DNA from: an uncultured Chitinophagales bacterium
GTDB lineage: Bacteria; Bacteroidota; Bacteroidia; Chitinophagales; S012-47
NCBI GenBank assembly: GCA_964471795.1
Contig: CAYYHM010000007.1
Coordinates: forward strand, 1,221 to 65,220
Direction: 5' to 3'
Length of the DNA: 64,000 nucleotides
Shown here: positions 1-10,000 of the stretch, in pieces
How the letters are laid out: every line of letters starts with the position of its first letter
Position numbering within the stretch: position 1 is the stretch's first letter
The notes under the pieces: generated by a model
Told to the model about the DNA's origin: nothing
Database searches by the model: none
The model's input: only the letters and a program-made list of their open reading frames with translations
Position numbers and translations under genes: made by a program

Positions 1-1618
1 TTACCAGCACGGTGAGGTCCTTGATCTGGTACAGCTCCAGCGCCTGTCCACCAAACCAGAACACATCGCCCGGCTGCAGGCTGGAGATGAACCACTCTTC
101 TATGCTGCCCAGCCGTTTGCCGCTCAGCAGTTTCACCTGCATGCTTACATCGCCCACTATGGTGCCGATGCTCAACCGGTGGCGCATGGCAATGGCGCGG
201 CTGTTGACATGGTACAGGCCGTCTTCCACTACCACCTTGCGGTACTCGTCATACGCGTATAGGGAGTCTCCGCCGGTGGTGATGAACCGGAGCAGCCACT
301 GCCATTCTCGTTCGTCCAGACTTTCATAGGCGTAGGTGCTCTTTATCTCAGGCCATATCTCTTCAGGGCGGAATCCGTCGGATACCGCCAGTGTCACCAG
401 GTATTGCGCCAGCACATCAAAGGACCGGATATAGGGTATGCGGTCTTCGATTTCCTGTGTAGCTACGGCCTGCCGTAGTGCCGCCGCCTCGATGAGTTCG
501 AGCGCATGAGTAGGCACGAAGTGGATGGTGCTCACAGCGCCCGGCTGGTGACCGCTGCGGCCCGCCCGCTGCAGAAAACGCGCCACCCCTTTCGGTCCAC
601 CGATTTGTATTACTGTCTGTACCGGCCGAAAATCCACGCCCAGATCCAGGCTGGCCGTACAGATGACGGCTTTGAGGCTACCCTGGTGAAGTTGGTCCTC
701 CACCCATTCGCGCAGCTCCTTACTGATAGAGCCATGGTGCATGGCAATCTGCCCGGCCAGATCGGGGGCTACATCCAGCAACCGTTGATACCAGATCTCT
801 GCTTGTGCTCTTGTATTGGTGAAGATCAGGGTACTGGTGGAGTGTTCAATAACTGGCAGTACCTTTTCCAGTAGTTTGATGCCGAGGTGGCCGGCCCACG
901 GCAGTTCATCCACAGTATCGGGTAATACGGTAACCACCTCAATAGGCTTAGGCAAATGCGCCCGCACTACGGTGTGGGGCAGTTGGTGCCGCTGTGCGCC
1001 CAGTAGGATATCTACCGCTTCATCCAGGTTGCCGATGGTAGCTGAGATGCCCCAGATCCGCAGGTGTGGTGATATGGTTTTGAGGCGCGACAATGCCAGC
1101 TCCATCTGTACACCCCGTTTGCTGCCTACCAGCTCATGCCACTCGTCGGCTACGATGGCACGTAGTTTTGCAAAATAGTCGGCATAGCCCTTTTGTGCCA
1201 GCAGCAGGTGCAGGCTTTCGGGGGTGGTGATGAGCAGTTGCGGTGGTCGTTGTTTTTGCCGCTCCCGGTCTTTGGGGGAGGTGTCGCCATGCCGCACAGC
1301 TACCTCCCAGTCGAGCCCCAGCGATGCCAATGTGCGGGTAGTAGCCTGATAGATTTCTTTTGCCAGGGCACGGATAGGGGTAATCCAGATGGCCTGCAGC
1401 CCTGTAGCCTGTTTTCCCGTGTGGCGCCCTTCTGCAATGGCCTGTAGTGCAATGGCCATCCACAGGGCATAGGTCTTGCCGCTACCGGTAGGGGCATTCA
1501 GGAGGCCATGGTTGCCCGACAGATAGGCCTCCCACGTCTCTACCTGAAAAGGGAAAGGCTTCCAGCCTTGTTGGTGGAAATAGTGGAGGGCGGGATTTAT
1601 GTAGCTGTTTAGATTCAC
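1..1618 (-). CDS. Ligase-associated DNA damage response DEXH-box helicase (Lhr-like), N-terminal part; the 3' end runs off the window
   Basis: Absent from the ORF track because there is no stop in the window. My minus-strand translation from GTG at 1618 reads VNLNSYINPALHYFHQQGWKPFPFQVETWEAYLSGNHGLLNAPTGSGKTYALWMAIAL... It has a Walker A (APTGSGKT) and an in-frame DEWH (DEXH box) at 1147-1136. The + strand ORFs here are short and antisense. Ligase and exonuclease partner genes lie nearby. Confidence 0.8.
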   Translation of the reverse strand, partial: MNLNSYINPALHYFHQQGWKPFPFQVETWEAYLSGNHGLLNAPTGSGKTYALWMAIALQAIAEGRHTGKQATGLQAIWITPIRALAKEIYQATTRTLASLGLDWEVAVRHGDTSPKDRERQKQRPPQLLITTPESLHLLLAQKGYADYFAKLRAIVADEWHELVGSKRGVQMELALSRLKTISPHLRIWGISATIGNLDEAVDILLGAQRHQLPHTVVRAHLPKPIEVVTVLPDTVDELPWAGHLGIKLLEKVLPVIEHSTSTLIFTNTRAQAEIWYQRLLDVAPDLAGQIAMHHGSISKELREWVEDQLHQGSLKAVICTASLDLGVDFRPVQTVIQIGGPKGVARFLQRAGRSGHQPGAVSTIHFVPTHALELIEAAALRQAVATQEIEDRIPYIRSFDVLAQYLVTLAVSDGFRPEEIWPEIKSTYAYESLDEREWQWLLRFITTGGDSLYAYDEYRKVVVEDGLYHVNSRAIAMRHRLSIGTIVGDVSMQVKLLSGKRLGSIEEWFISSLQPGDVFWFGGQALELYQIKDLTVLV

Positions 1619-1694
1619 GATGTATTCTCCTTGGTGTGGCGGTATGACTCTCGCTTCATTGAAATTAACATAAATTAACAACTCCGATGAGTTT

Positions 1695-1706
1695 GGGGGG
1701 GGGGGG
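1695..1706. repeat. G12 homopolymer tract in the divergent intergenic region
   Basis: Twelve consecutive G counted at 1695-1706. The tract lies 77 nt upstream of the helicase GTG (minus strand) and 38 nt upstream of the ATG at 1745. Confidence 0.95.
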
Positions 1707-1707
1707 A

Positions 1708-1715
1708 TATATTTG
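1708..1715 (+). promoter_or_regulatory. Candidate Bacteroidota -7 promoter box (TATATTTG = TAnnTTTG) for the lipoprotein module
   Basis: TATATTTG matches the published Bacteroides -7 consensus TAnnTTTG. It sits 29 nt upstream of the ATG at 1745 and one base after the G12 tract. A TTTG at 1692-1695 lies on the other side of the tract. Confidence 0.3.
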
Positions 1716-1744
1716 CTAGTATTCTTAATCAAAAACTATAAAAC

Positions 1745-2119
1745 ATGAAAAATTTAATGCAATTAATGGTACTATTGTTGGTAGCGGCCTCTTGTGGCAA
1801 AACCCACTTGTCTGATGTGAAAATGGATGCACACCAAAACATCAGTTCTAAACAAGATGGTGATGTTGGGGTTTTATTTCAACTTGGACTTTTTAACAAA
1901 GATCCAATGACTAATGACAGATTAGATCCTTATGATTGTAACTATTGCTTAGAATGCGTTTGTTACATTCTTGTCAATGGAAATTCTGCAAATGCATTTT
2001 CTCAGGGAGATACTATTGATGCACTAATAATTGACGGTGCAGATACAGTGCAAAGGTCTGGTATTTTAAGAGTTTGGGATGGTAACAATTCACTAAATCA
2101 TGAAGTAGAGCTATTTTGA
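1745..2119 (+). CDS. Small Cys-rich lipoprotein, unknown function
   Basis: 124-aa ORF with signal peptide and lipobox MKNLMQLMVLLLVAASC. Cys cluster DPYDCNYCLECVC. Low-GC segment (a sampled line is about 33% GC). Confidence 0.55.
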   Translation: MKNLMQLMVLLLVAASCGKTHLSDVKMDAHQNISSKQDGDVGVLFQLGLFNKDPMTNDRLDPYDCNYCLECVCYILVNGNSANAFSQGDTIDALIIDGADTVQRSGILRVWDGNNSLNHEVELF

Positions 2120-3231
2120 TCCAGATGACTCGATTTATTATCATCCTCATAACATTGGTGTTCTTATCATGTGCGAAAAATTCGTACGATAAGGACACCA
2201 AATTTTTAAAAACAGCTGAATTCCTGATAGACGAATCCGAATATGTATTCATCAACAAGCCCAGAGATGTGCAGCCAATAGGAACAAGATGGCTAGTAGT
2301 AACTGCCGAAGGGGGCTTATTGGAGTATGATGAACAATGGAATTTTACTAAAACTCTCGAACCATTTACTGACAGCATTTATCAGCATTGCATCAATCTC
2401 ATCAACACAGTTTCTCCTAATCTCATCAACATTGATTCATCATCATTGCAGTTGTTGAAGCAGGTTGGAGCGAAATGTAACGCCATGCAATTATTCTTCG
2501 ATGAAACAGATTCAACATTATACCTTCAGTTCGATGTAGTTGGTATTACTACTATGACTCATGGAGAATATGGGGAAGGAAATGCAATAGTTGGGTATCA
2601 ATTTGTTACTGAATGGAATCCGGGTGAAAAGCAGGAGTTTGTGAATAGCAAGCTCTTGCCTTATACTGATTACTTGGAGAAAAAAGGGTTAATTATGAAT
2701 GCCTCAAAGGCGTTCATTGTCAATAAGGGAGATTTGTACGTCAATTTGTTGTGCTATCCGTATCAAACAGGTTTTCCCAAAGTAGCTTCCTTTTCACTAA
2801 CAGAAACCTCTGATACCGCCATTTTCAACAAATTGTACCTCCAACCAGTTCAACCAAAAAATCTTGAAGACATGTATCCGGGTGAGTTGGTTACTGTGCA
2901 GAAATTCTTCTTATCGCCACAAGGTGAAGTTCTTTATGTTAATGGTCAGTCTGTAACCAATTTATCGTCGGGAGAAATCGTATACATAGATTCTCATTCC
3001 AATCATATTCTGTATGATGCCGGATATATGGGTAATCAGTTGGTGGGATATGTATTGGTGAAAGATGACCAGCAAAGTACAACAGATATTTTCTTGATTG
3101 ATATACAATCTGGCAAAACACGATCACTGTCAACCGAGCACGATTTGGTTGGATTTTTTGCAAATGGATTCTTCTACAACCTCGTAAAAAGAGATGAGCA
3201 AGTATTTTGCGAAGTATATACTATTAGTTAG
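2116..3231 (+). CDS. Lipoprotein, unknown function (size and pattern compatible with a beta-propeller-type Bacteroidota lipoprotein)
   Basis: 371-aa ORF with lipobox ITLVFLSCAKN. The start is TTG 2116 (overlapping the upstream stop) or ATG 2125. Low GC. No catalytic motif recognised. Confidence 0.6.
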   Translation: MIQMTRFIIILITLVFLSCAKNSYDKDTKFLKTAEFLIDESEYVFINKPRDVQPIGTRWLVVTAEGGLLEYDEQWNFTKTLEPFTDSIYQHCINLINTVSPNLINIDSSSLQLLKQVGAKCNAMQLFFDETDSTLYLQFDVVGITTMTHGEYGEGNAIVGYQFVTEWNPGEKQEFVNSKLLPYTDYLEKKGLIMNASKAFIVNKGDLYVNLLCYPYQTGFPKVASFSLTETSDTAIFNKLYLQPVQPKNLEDMYPGELVTVQKFFLSPQGEVLYVNGQSVTNLSSGEIVYIDSHSNHILYDAGYMGNQLVGYVLVKDDQQSTTDIFLIDIQSGKTRSLSTEHDLVGFFANGFFYNLVKRDEQVFCEVYTIS

Positions 3232-3679
3232 CCTGGTTTTATTGGTGTGTGGCTGCCATGCAAAAATAAGCAGAGAAGAAGTGTGTGCATCGGTATGTCA
3301 AACCATGAATACTGATCTGAGTAGGACAGTTGAACATTGGGTTTTGGTGTATAGTCCTACGGATTGCATCAATTGTTATTTGTCTCTTCAAATGCTTTTT
3401 GAGGTAGCGCCAGAGATTCCCATTCAGGAGATAACGATAGTAACTGTAGCAATGCGGGAAGCTGAAAAGAAGGCAACTATAAAGAAATTGACGTTAAATG
3501 CACCACCATCCCTGGCCTACCATTTTGTATTTGAAGATGAATTATTTGAAGGTTTTACTGAATGTCTAGGTCAATCATCCACAAATCTTGTCTATTGGAA
3601 GGAGGATTGTGCTGAATGGAAATCAACAGACTTCAAGCAGCTACACATAGATGAGATAAAAGATTGGCCACAATTGTAA
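3194..3679 (+). CDS. Lipoprotein with a thioredoxin-like CxxC (CINC) motif
   Basis: 161-aa ORF with lipobox LVLLVCGC. WVLVYSPTDCINCY resembles the thioredoxin/TlpA-fold active-site context. Overlaps the upstream ORF by 38 nt, so the start is uncertain. Confidence 0.5.
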   Translation: MSKYFAKYILLVSLVLLVCGCHAKISREEVCASVCQTMNTDLSRTVEHWVLVYSPTDCINCYLSLQMLFEVAPEIPIQEITIVTVAMREAEKKATIKKLTLNAPPSLAYHFVFEDELFEGFTECLGQSSTNLVYWKEDCAEWKSTDFKQLHIDEIKDWPQL

Positions 3680-3685
3680 GCAAGG

Positions 3686-4189
3686 CTACAACCTCGTAAA
3701 CGATTTCCGCATCCGGCGCATGCGCATCTCACAGTCGTCTGTCACCAGCTCGAAAAACAAGGTATTCCAGTCGGGGGAGAAATAGACATCATAGGTGCCG
3801 GGCTGGTCGGTGCACATCAGCTGCGAGTTGCTGAGGAGGGTAATGCGGTTGCCCTGCATGGTAAACGAGCCTTCCACAGAGGGCCAGCCTTCGGCACTGA
3901 TGGTCATGGTGCCCCTGTCGGTGATGGTGATGGTAGTTGGCCTGCGAGCCTTGGTAGTCCAGTTGCCGGCCATTTTTTCATAGCCGGGAGAGATGGCCTT
4001 GCCGGGAGAAGCGGGCAGCTGAATGGGTACTTCAGTTGATGGCGTCTGATCATTGTTGGTAGCAGCACCTACTGCACTGATGACGGCTGTAGTGTCGACA
4101 GCCGTTGCATCCGGCATCGGAGGCGGAGGCGTGCTATCCGATTGGCAGGCGGCGATATACAGTATCAATGAGAAAAGTAGGATGCGCAT
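3686..4189 (-). CDS. Lipoprotein, unknown function
   Basis: 167-aa ORF with lipobox SLILYIAACQSD followed by a Pro/Thr-rich linker. Backbone-like GC. Starts 29 nt downstream of the ligase gene on the same strand. Confidence 0.6.
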   Translation of the reverse strand: MRILLFSLILYIAACQSDSTPPPPMPDATAVDTTAVISAVGAATNNDQTPSTEVPIQLPASPGKAISPGYEKMAGNWTTKARRPTTITITDRGTMTISAEGWPSVEGSFTMQGNRITLLSNSQLMCTDQPGTYDVYFSPDWNTLFFELVTDDCEMRMRRMRKSFTRL

Positions 4190-4218
4190 GGCTCAAAATT
4201 AGGATTTCGCTCCGTGAC

Positions 4219-5802
4219 TTACAGCAACGCCTTCAAATCTTCCAGCGTATTGGCTTCTTCCATGGGCTTATCCCTGCGCCAGCGATGGATGCGGGGAAAC
4301 CGTAAGGCGATACCCGACTTATGGCGGGGCGAGGTGGCAATTCCTTCAAAGGCGATCTCGAAAACGAGCTTAGGTACCACGCTGCGTACAGGCCCGAAGC
4401 GCTCCACAGTGTGTTGCTTAACGTATCGGTCTACTTCGCGCAGCTCGGCATCGGTGAGTCCGCTATAGGCTTTGGTGAACGGCACAAGCGTATCCCCATC
4501 CCACACGGCAAAGGTGTAGTCCGTAAATAGGTTGGCCCTGCGGCCATGTCCTTGCTGCGCATAGATGAGCACGGCATCCACTGTGTAGGGATCCACTTTC
4601 CACTTCCACCAGTCGCCTTTCTTGCGGCCGGTATGGTAGGTCGAGTCGAGGTGTTTCAGCATCAAGCCCTCGCTGAGTTGTTCCCGTGCCCGACTGCGCC
4701 ATTGCAGGGCTTCCTGCCAGGATGTAAACGGCACCACCGGCGACAGATGTAATGGTAGATAATCCGGCAATGCAGCCACGAGTACCTCCAGTTGTCGCCT
4801 GCGCTCCCGGAATGGCTTTTCCCGCCAGTCCGCTCCTTCCCATTCCAGCAAATCATATAGATACACAGCCACCGGTGCCTCCTTCAGTAGTTTGGCGCCA
4901 ACCTTCTTGCGGGTGATGCGGGTTTGCAGCAGTTGAAATGGTTGTATGCTACCATCTTTTACCACCAGTATTTCCCCATCCAGCACGGTGCCATCAGGAA
5001 GTGCAGTACGCAGGATGTCCAGTTCGGGGAATCGGTCGGTGAGCAGCTCCTCACCCCGGCTCCACACGTGTATTGCTCCTTTTCGTACAATCACCTGCCC
5101 GCGAATGCCGTCCCATTTCCATTCGGCCTGCCAGTTGTCGGGCGCCCCCAGCGCCTCAGGTTCTGTCTCCAGCGCATAGGCCAGGCAGAAGGGATAGGGC
5201 CGGGAATGGTCTTCTTGCTGATCGGCTTGCCATACCAGCTCATGAAAGGTGGTATCCTGTGGGCTCCAGTGCCCCATTAGGCGATGTGCCAGCAGGTTTT
5301 CATCCAGCCCTGTGTGTTTGGCCAATGCGCGGGTCATGAGCTTTTGGGAAACGCCGATGCGAAATCCTCCGGTAATGAACTTGTTGAACACAAATCGTTC
5401 GGTAGTATCCAGTTGTTGCCAGGCGTTGGCGACGGCTGTTTTACGATCCTCGTCGGGCAGTTGGTATAGTTGGATGAGCAGCTCCATCCAGTGGGTAAGG
5501 GAGGATTCCTGAAGGATAGCAGTGGGAGGTGGCAGCAGCAGGGCGATGGTTTCTGCCAGGTCGCCGACAATATGGTAGGTGTCCTCCAGCAGCCACAAAG
5601 GTAGCCCTGCCAATTCTGCTGCCCATTCGCGCAACTGTGTGGTGGTGATGGTGCGCTTTGGTCGGCGGTGCGACAGGATGGCGATGGTCCACAGCTTGTC
5701 GCTGTCGCTGGCGGCATCGAAATAGGCTGTCAACGCATCCACCCGCACGTTGGTTTTGGTGGTGCTGTCGAGTTCTTGTATCAGTTGGGCAAAGGCTCTC
5801 AT
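4219..5802 (-). CDS. ATP-dependent DNA ligase (ligase-associated DNA damage response type)
   Basis: 527 aa. Adenylation motif EWKWDGIRGQ (KxDG). The C-terminal OB-like region ends ...ALRFPRIHRWRRDKP. There is a 4-nt overlap with the exonuclease gene. Confidence 0.9.
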   Translation of the reverse strand: MRAFAQLIQELDSTTKTNVRVDALTAYFDAASDSDKLWTIAILSHRRPKRTITTTQLREWAAELAGLPLWLLEDTYHIVGDLAETIALLLPPPTAILQESSLTHWMELLIQLYQLPDEDRKTAVANAWQQLDTTERFVFNKFITGGFRIGVSQKLMTRALAKHTGLDENLLAHRLMGHWSPQDTTFHELVWQADQQEDHSRPYPFCLAYALETEPEALGAPDNWQAEWKWDGIRGQVIVRKGAIHVWSRGEELLTDRFPELDILRTALPDGTVLDGEILVVKDGSIQPFQLLQTRITRKKVGAKLLKEAPVAVYLYDLLEWEGADWREKPFRERRRQLEVLVAALPDYLPLHLSPVVPFTSWQEALQWRSRAREQLSEGLMLKHLDSTYHTGRKKGDWWKWKVDPYTVDAVLIYAQQGHGRRANLFTDYTFAVWDGDTLVPFTKAYSGLTDAELREVDRYVKQHTVERFGPVRSVVPKLVFEIAFEGIATSPRHKSGIALRFPRIHRWRRDKPMEEANTLEDLKALL

Positions 5803-6806
5803 CCTTCCACCTCCTCTTTGCTGTCGGCTTGTTCACCCTCATAGGCAGTAGCCAGCGGGTGTGCGTCCAACCCCTGTTCCCGCAGCCATTGGGAATAGAT
5901 GTCGCTGTAGCCATGGGTCACGAGCACCTGTTCTGCGCCTGTAGCGCGGATGGCGGCATTCAGCTCCTGCCAGTCAGCATGATCGCTCATCACGAAGCCT
6001 TTGTCTACAGCCCTTCGCCGCCGTGTTCCCCGCATTTGCATCCACCCACTGGCCATGGCAGTGGCGTACGGAGTGAATCGCTTCATCCAGCTACTACCCA
6101 GTGCGGCGGGTGGGGTAATCACTATAGCGCCGTTTATTTGCTCCTTAGCCATGTCAGCAGTTACTCGGGTAACAGCAGGTAAGGGTATCTCCAGTGATTG
6201 GTTCATCTCATCTACAGCACCATGCACCAGTATGGAGCCTATGGTGGGGTCAAGGAGGGACAGTATGCGCTGTGCCTTGCCGAGGGCATACGCTGCTACC
6301 ACACTGGTAATGCCTTGTGCCTGATTGTGCCGCCACCAGTTGTTCAGGTCATCGGCTACCTCTTGCTGTGTAGGCCACCGGAAAACCGGCAGGCCAAATG
6401 TGGATTCGGTAATGAAGGTATGACAGCGCACCGGCTCAAAAGGGGTGGAAATACCATCGGAATGCAGCTTATAGTCTCCTGACACCACCCATACCTCGCC
6501 CTTGTAGGCTACCCGGATTTGTGCCGACCCGGGGATGTGACCGGCCGGGTGGAAGGAAAATTCTACGCCATTGATGGTAAATGTCTCGCCATACCGGTAG
6601 GTGGTAATATCGATCTGCCCCAGCCTCTTCTGCAGGATGGGGGCTGACAGGGGCGTGCAAGCATAGTGTTGATGCCCCCACCGGGCATGGTCACTGTGGC
6701 CGTGGGTAATGAGGGCACGGGCTACCGGCCGCCAGGGATCGATGTACACATCGGCCTGCGGACAGTAGATACCGTGCTGATTGGTGGTAAGTAGTGGCAT
6801 AGGCAA
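5799..6806 (-). CDS. Ligase-associated DNA damage response exonuclease (metallo-beta-lactamase / beta-CASP fold)
   Basis: 335 aa. MBL motif ITHGHSDHA, with conserved His/Asp further on (VTHGYSD). Translationally coupled to the ligase gene. Confidence 0.85.
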   Translation of the reverse strand: MPMPLLTTNQHGIYCPQADVYIDPWRPVARALITHGHSDHARWGHQHYACTPLSAPILQKRLGQIDITTYRYGETFTINGVEFSFHPAGHIPGSAQIRVAYKGEVWVVSGDYKLHSDGISTPFEPVRCHTFITESTFGLPVFRWPTQQEVADDLNNWWRHNQAQGITSVVAAYALGKAQRILSLLDPTIGSILVHGAVDEMNQSLEIPLPAVTRVTADMAKEQINGAIVITPPAALGSSWMKRFTPYATAMASGWMQMRGTRRRRAVDKGFVMSDHADWQELNAAIRATGAEQVLVTHGYSDIYSQWLREQGLDAHPLATAYEGEQADSKEEVEG

Positions 6807-7063
6807 TTGGCCAGACGTGTTTTTTAGTAATCAAATTAGCAGTAATGAAAATTTAATCTCGTGTAACGCTCAATTCATTGGATGAATTTTTTATCTTTCA
6901 AACTCATAAACCAAAACCAAAACCATGTTCAGAACCATTCTCTTGGATTCCTCCAGCTAAGGCTGTCACCGGTATATCTCCTCTTTACTTTTCGTGATAC
7001 ACAAAGTGTCTTGCATACAAATGCGAGAAGCTACCTCTTGTTCCATATCCAAAACCCATTACC

Positions 7064-10000
7064 ATGAAGCGTATCCTTACCCTCATTGTAACCCTATTTT
7101 CTGCAATAAGTTGCATCTATGCGCAATCCTACGCACCCGTATTGGTAGAATCTACCCCTGTGCCGGGTGGTGTGCGACTCACCTGGACACCGGTGTCGTC
7201 TTCCAGTGCCTCCGGATATCACATCTACCGCAACGATGTGTTGATCGGTGTGACAGACGAGGTGATAGACAACGAATTCACCGACAGGAACCCGATTGCC
7301 GGTGCGGTGGTGACCTATTGTGTCACCTCCTATCAAGGGAGTACAGAATCTCCTTACCGCAACTGTATCATAGACTCGAGCTTCTACTACGGTGCCTTTC
7401 TGGCCTCAGATAGTGCCAGCGATGCCCGTATTGAGCTCACCTGGAGCATAGATGCAGGATGCCTGACAGTACCGGGGACGGACTCCATCTATCTGGAAGT
7501 AAAGAACGCTACCACCAACGAAGACGTTTTTGTACAGATCCTGCAGGCGGACAGTGTTCCTACCGCTTCGGAGGCCGTAGTGTCGGTAGCGCTTAGTGGC
7601 GGGAATCACCTGCTGTTGGATGCAGCCTACACCGGTGGGTCCTTGACGAGCACTTTTCTAACCGGCATTGGTCGGGCCATCGCTATTGATGGGAACAGAG
7701 CAGTCATTGGTGCGCCGCTGGCAGATGGAGGACTGGGAAAAGCGCATGTGTACGAGCGGGTAGGCAACGAGTGGGTAGAAACGGCTCAACTGGTGCCGGC
7801 CACAAGATCCATTACTGACAACTACGGGGAAAGTGTGGATATATATGGTGGTAAGATCATCGTTGGTGCTCCCGGTGGCAATGGTATAGCGTATGTGTTT
7901 GAGCTGTCCGGTGGTGTGTGGAGCGAGACGGGTCAGCTGACAGCAGATTTCCAGCAAGTCAATGATGATTTTGCCAAATCGGTGGTAATCGATACGCAGT
8001 TTGCACTGGTAGGTGCCCCCGCCAAATATGGTGCGCAGGGTGTGATATTCCTGTACATGAAGTCCGGCTCCACCTGGAATCGTATCGGGCGCATCTTTTC
8101 CCGATTCCCTGCCCCGGGTCAGCGGTTTGGTTACTCGCTGGACTTTGACGGCAGCATGTTGGCAGTGGGTTGTCCGGGCAACAGTGCAGGGCGAGGCAGT
8201 GCTTATCTGTTTCAAAAACTGGGCTTCAGCTTTATCTATAGAGCAGCGCTGAATCCCGGTACATTGGTGGTGAATGACCGGTTCGGGGAGTCGATATCCG
8301 TACAGGGGGGCAGAGCAGTAGTGGGTGCTCCGGGTTCCAACGGCAATAAAGGAAGGGTCTACGTGTTCCATCAACAGAATGCGTTCAACTGGCCATTGGC
8401 AGCCACGCTGGCTCCGGCAGAGTTGCAGGCCGGCGACAGGTTCGGTGAAGGGGTTGCTCATTATGGCGACTTGCTGTCAGGTGGTGCGCCCACACGCGCT
8501 GCCGACAATGGAGCCGTGTATTTCTACAGGTACAGCAGCAGCTGGCAGGCCAACGGAAAGGCAGTACGGCCTGCAGGTTCTGCCGGTGATGGATATGGGT
8601 TGGCGATGGATATGTGGACAGATGGATTGCTGGTAGGTGCCCCCTATGAGCAGGGTGGACAAAGCGCAGTGTATAAATATTTCCACAACGGCAACATCTG
8701 GAATGGAACGGGCACGATTGGCGGCATCAAGGGCCCGAGCAACACCCTGGAACTATGGGTACTTCGAAACGGTCCACAGGTAGGTAATGGCGCTTTGATA
8801 TCCGACGATTTTGTCTCGTTCAATATGACGTCACCAACTTTGGATCGGGTAAACTTTTCTACCGGTGCTGTGGTGTATCACTTCAACTATCAGGTGCCGA
8901 TGAATCGCTGGACGCACCTGGCACTGGTGAGTGATTCGTCAACTGGCAGGTCACGTTTGTATGCCAACGGAGCACTGGTGGATGAAAAACCGAATTTCTT
9001 CCTGTATGGTGTAGAGCGTGCCGGTTTCCAACCCGGACAAACACCGCCCAATCAGCTGCAGGCACAGATCCGGGATATCAGGTACTGGTCTGATGCCAGA
9101 ACCGGTCAAGAGATTGCCGACAACTTCGACCAGGTACTCACCGGCATGGAGCCGGACCTTACCGGATACTGGAAAGTATCGGAAGGAGCCGGTAACACGG
9201 CAGCCGACGCCACCGGTCACTATCCACCGGCAGTGTATCAAACCGGTAGCCCGGCGCCCTGGGTCATAGATTCCATCGCTCCGATTATCAGTGGTACAGC
9301 TACCGAGTGGGTAGGTGCCGATAAGGTGATGGCCTATACCCTCAACACATATTCCATAGGCTTTGGAACACCTTTGTGCCCGCCGACAAAACTGGATACC
9401 GGCAGCACACTGCCCTACAAAGTACCTGCAATCGTGGTTGACTCATCCCGGCCGGATCAGATGACCTTGTCGTGGGTAAATACATCAGAAGCGATTTCCT
9501 ATTATCGGGTTGTCCGCGATGGCCTATCACTGGGTTTGCTGGATTCAACGGCACTCAATTGGACTGATTCCTATCGCTATGGAGTGACCAACACCCTCAC
9601 GAATGGGCAGCCATACCGCTATTGTCTGGTTCCGTTTTCAACGTGGTTCCTCACCAACGGCCAGCCTACTGTGTATGACTCCATCTGCGTTCGTGGCAAT
9701 ACGCTGCCCATTGCATTCATGGCAGCAGACAACACAGCGCCGGCATCAGTTGACCTGACATGGAATGATATGTCGGCTTTTGGTGACTGGATAGAGATAT
9801 ACAGGGATGGCAGCTTCTTTGCCCAACTCGACAGTCAGGCAGTAGCCTACACAGATGCCAATCCGGTTCCCGGAAAGCGGCACGTGTACGAGTTTCGACT
9901 GCTGAATGACGGCGACATCGTGGTGGCAGCCACCGATACAGGTAGCATTCTGCCTGTGGGCGTTCTGGCAGGTCGGGTAATTACGCAATCCGGAGACTAC

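Noticed and set aside
12-1463. Several 60-120-aa + and - strand track ORFs in the first 1.5 kb
   Set aside because: All lie within or antisense to the minus-strand helicase frame that carries the Walker A and DEWH motifs. That frame is missing from the track only because it has no stop inside the window.
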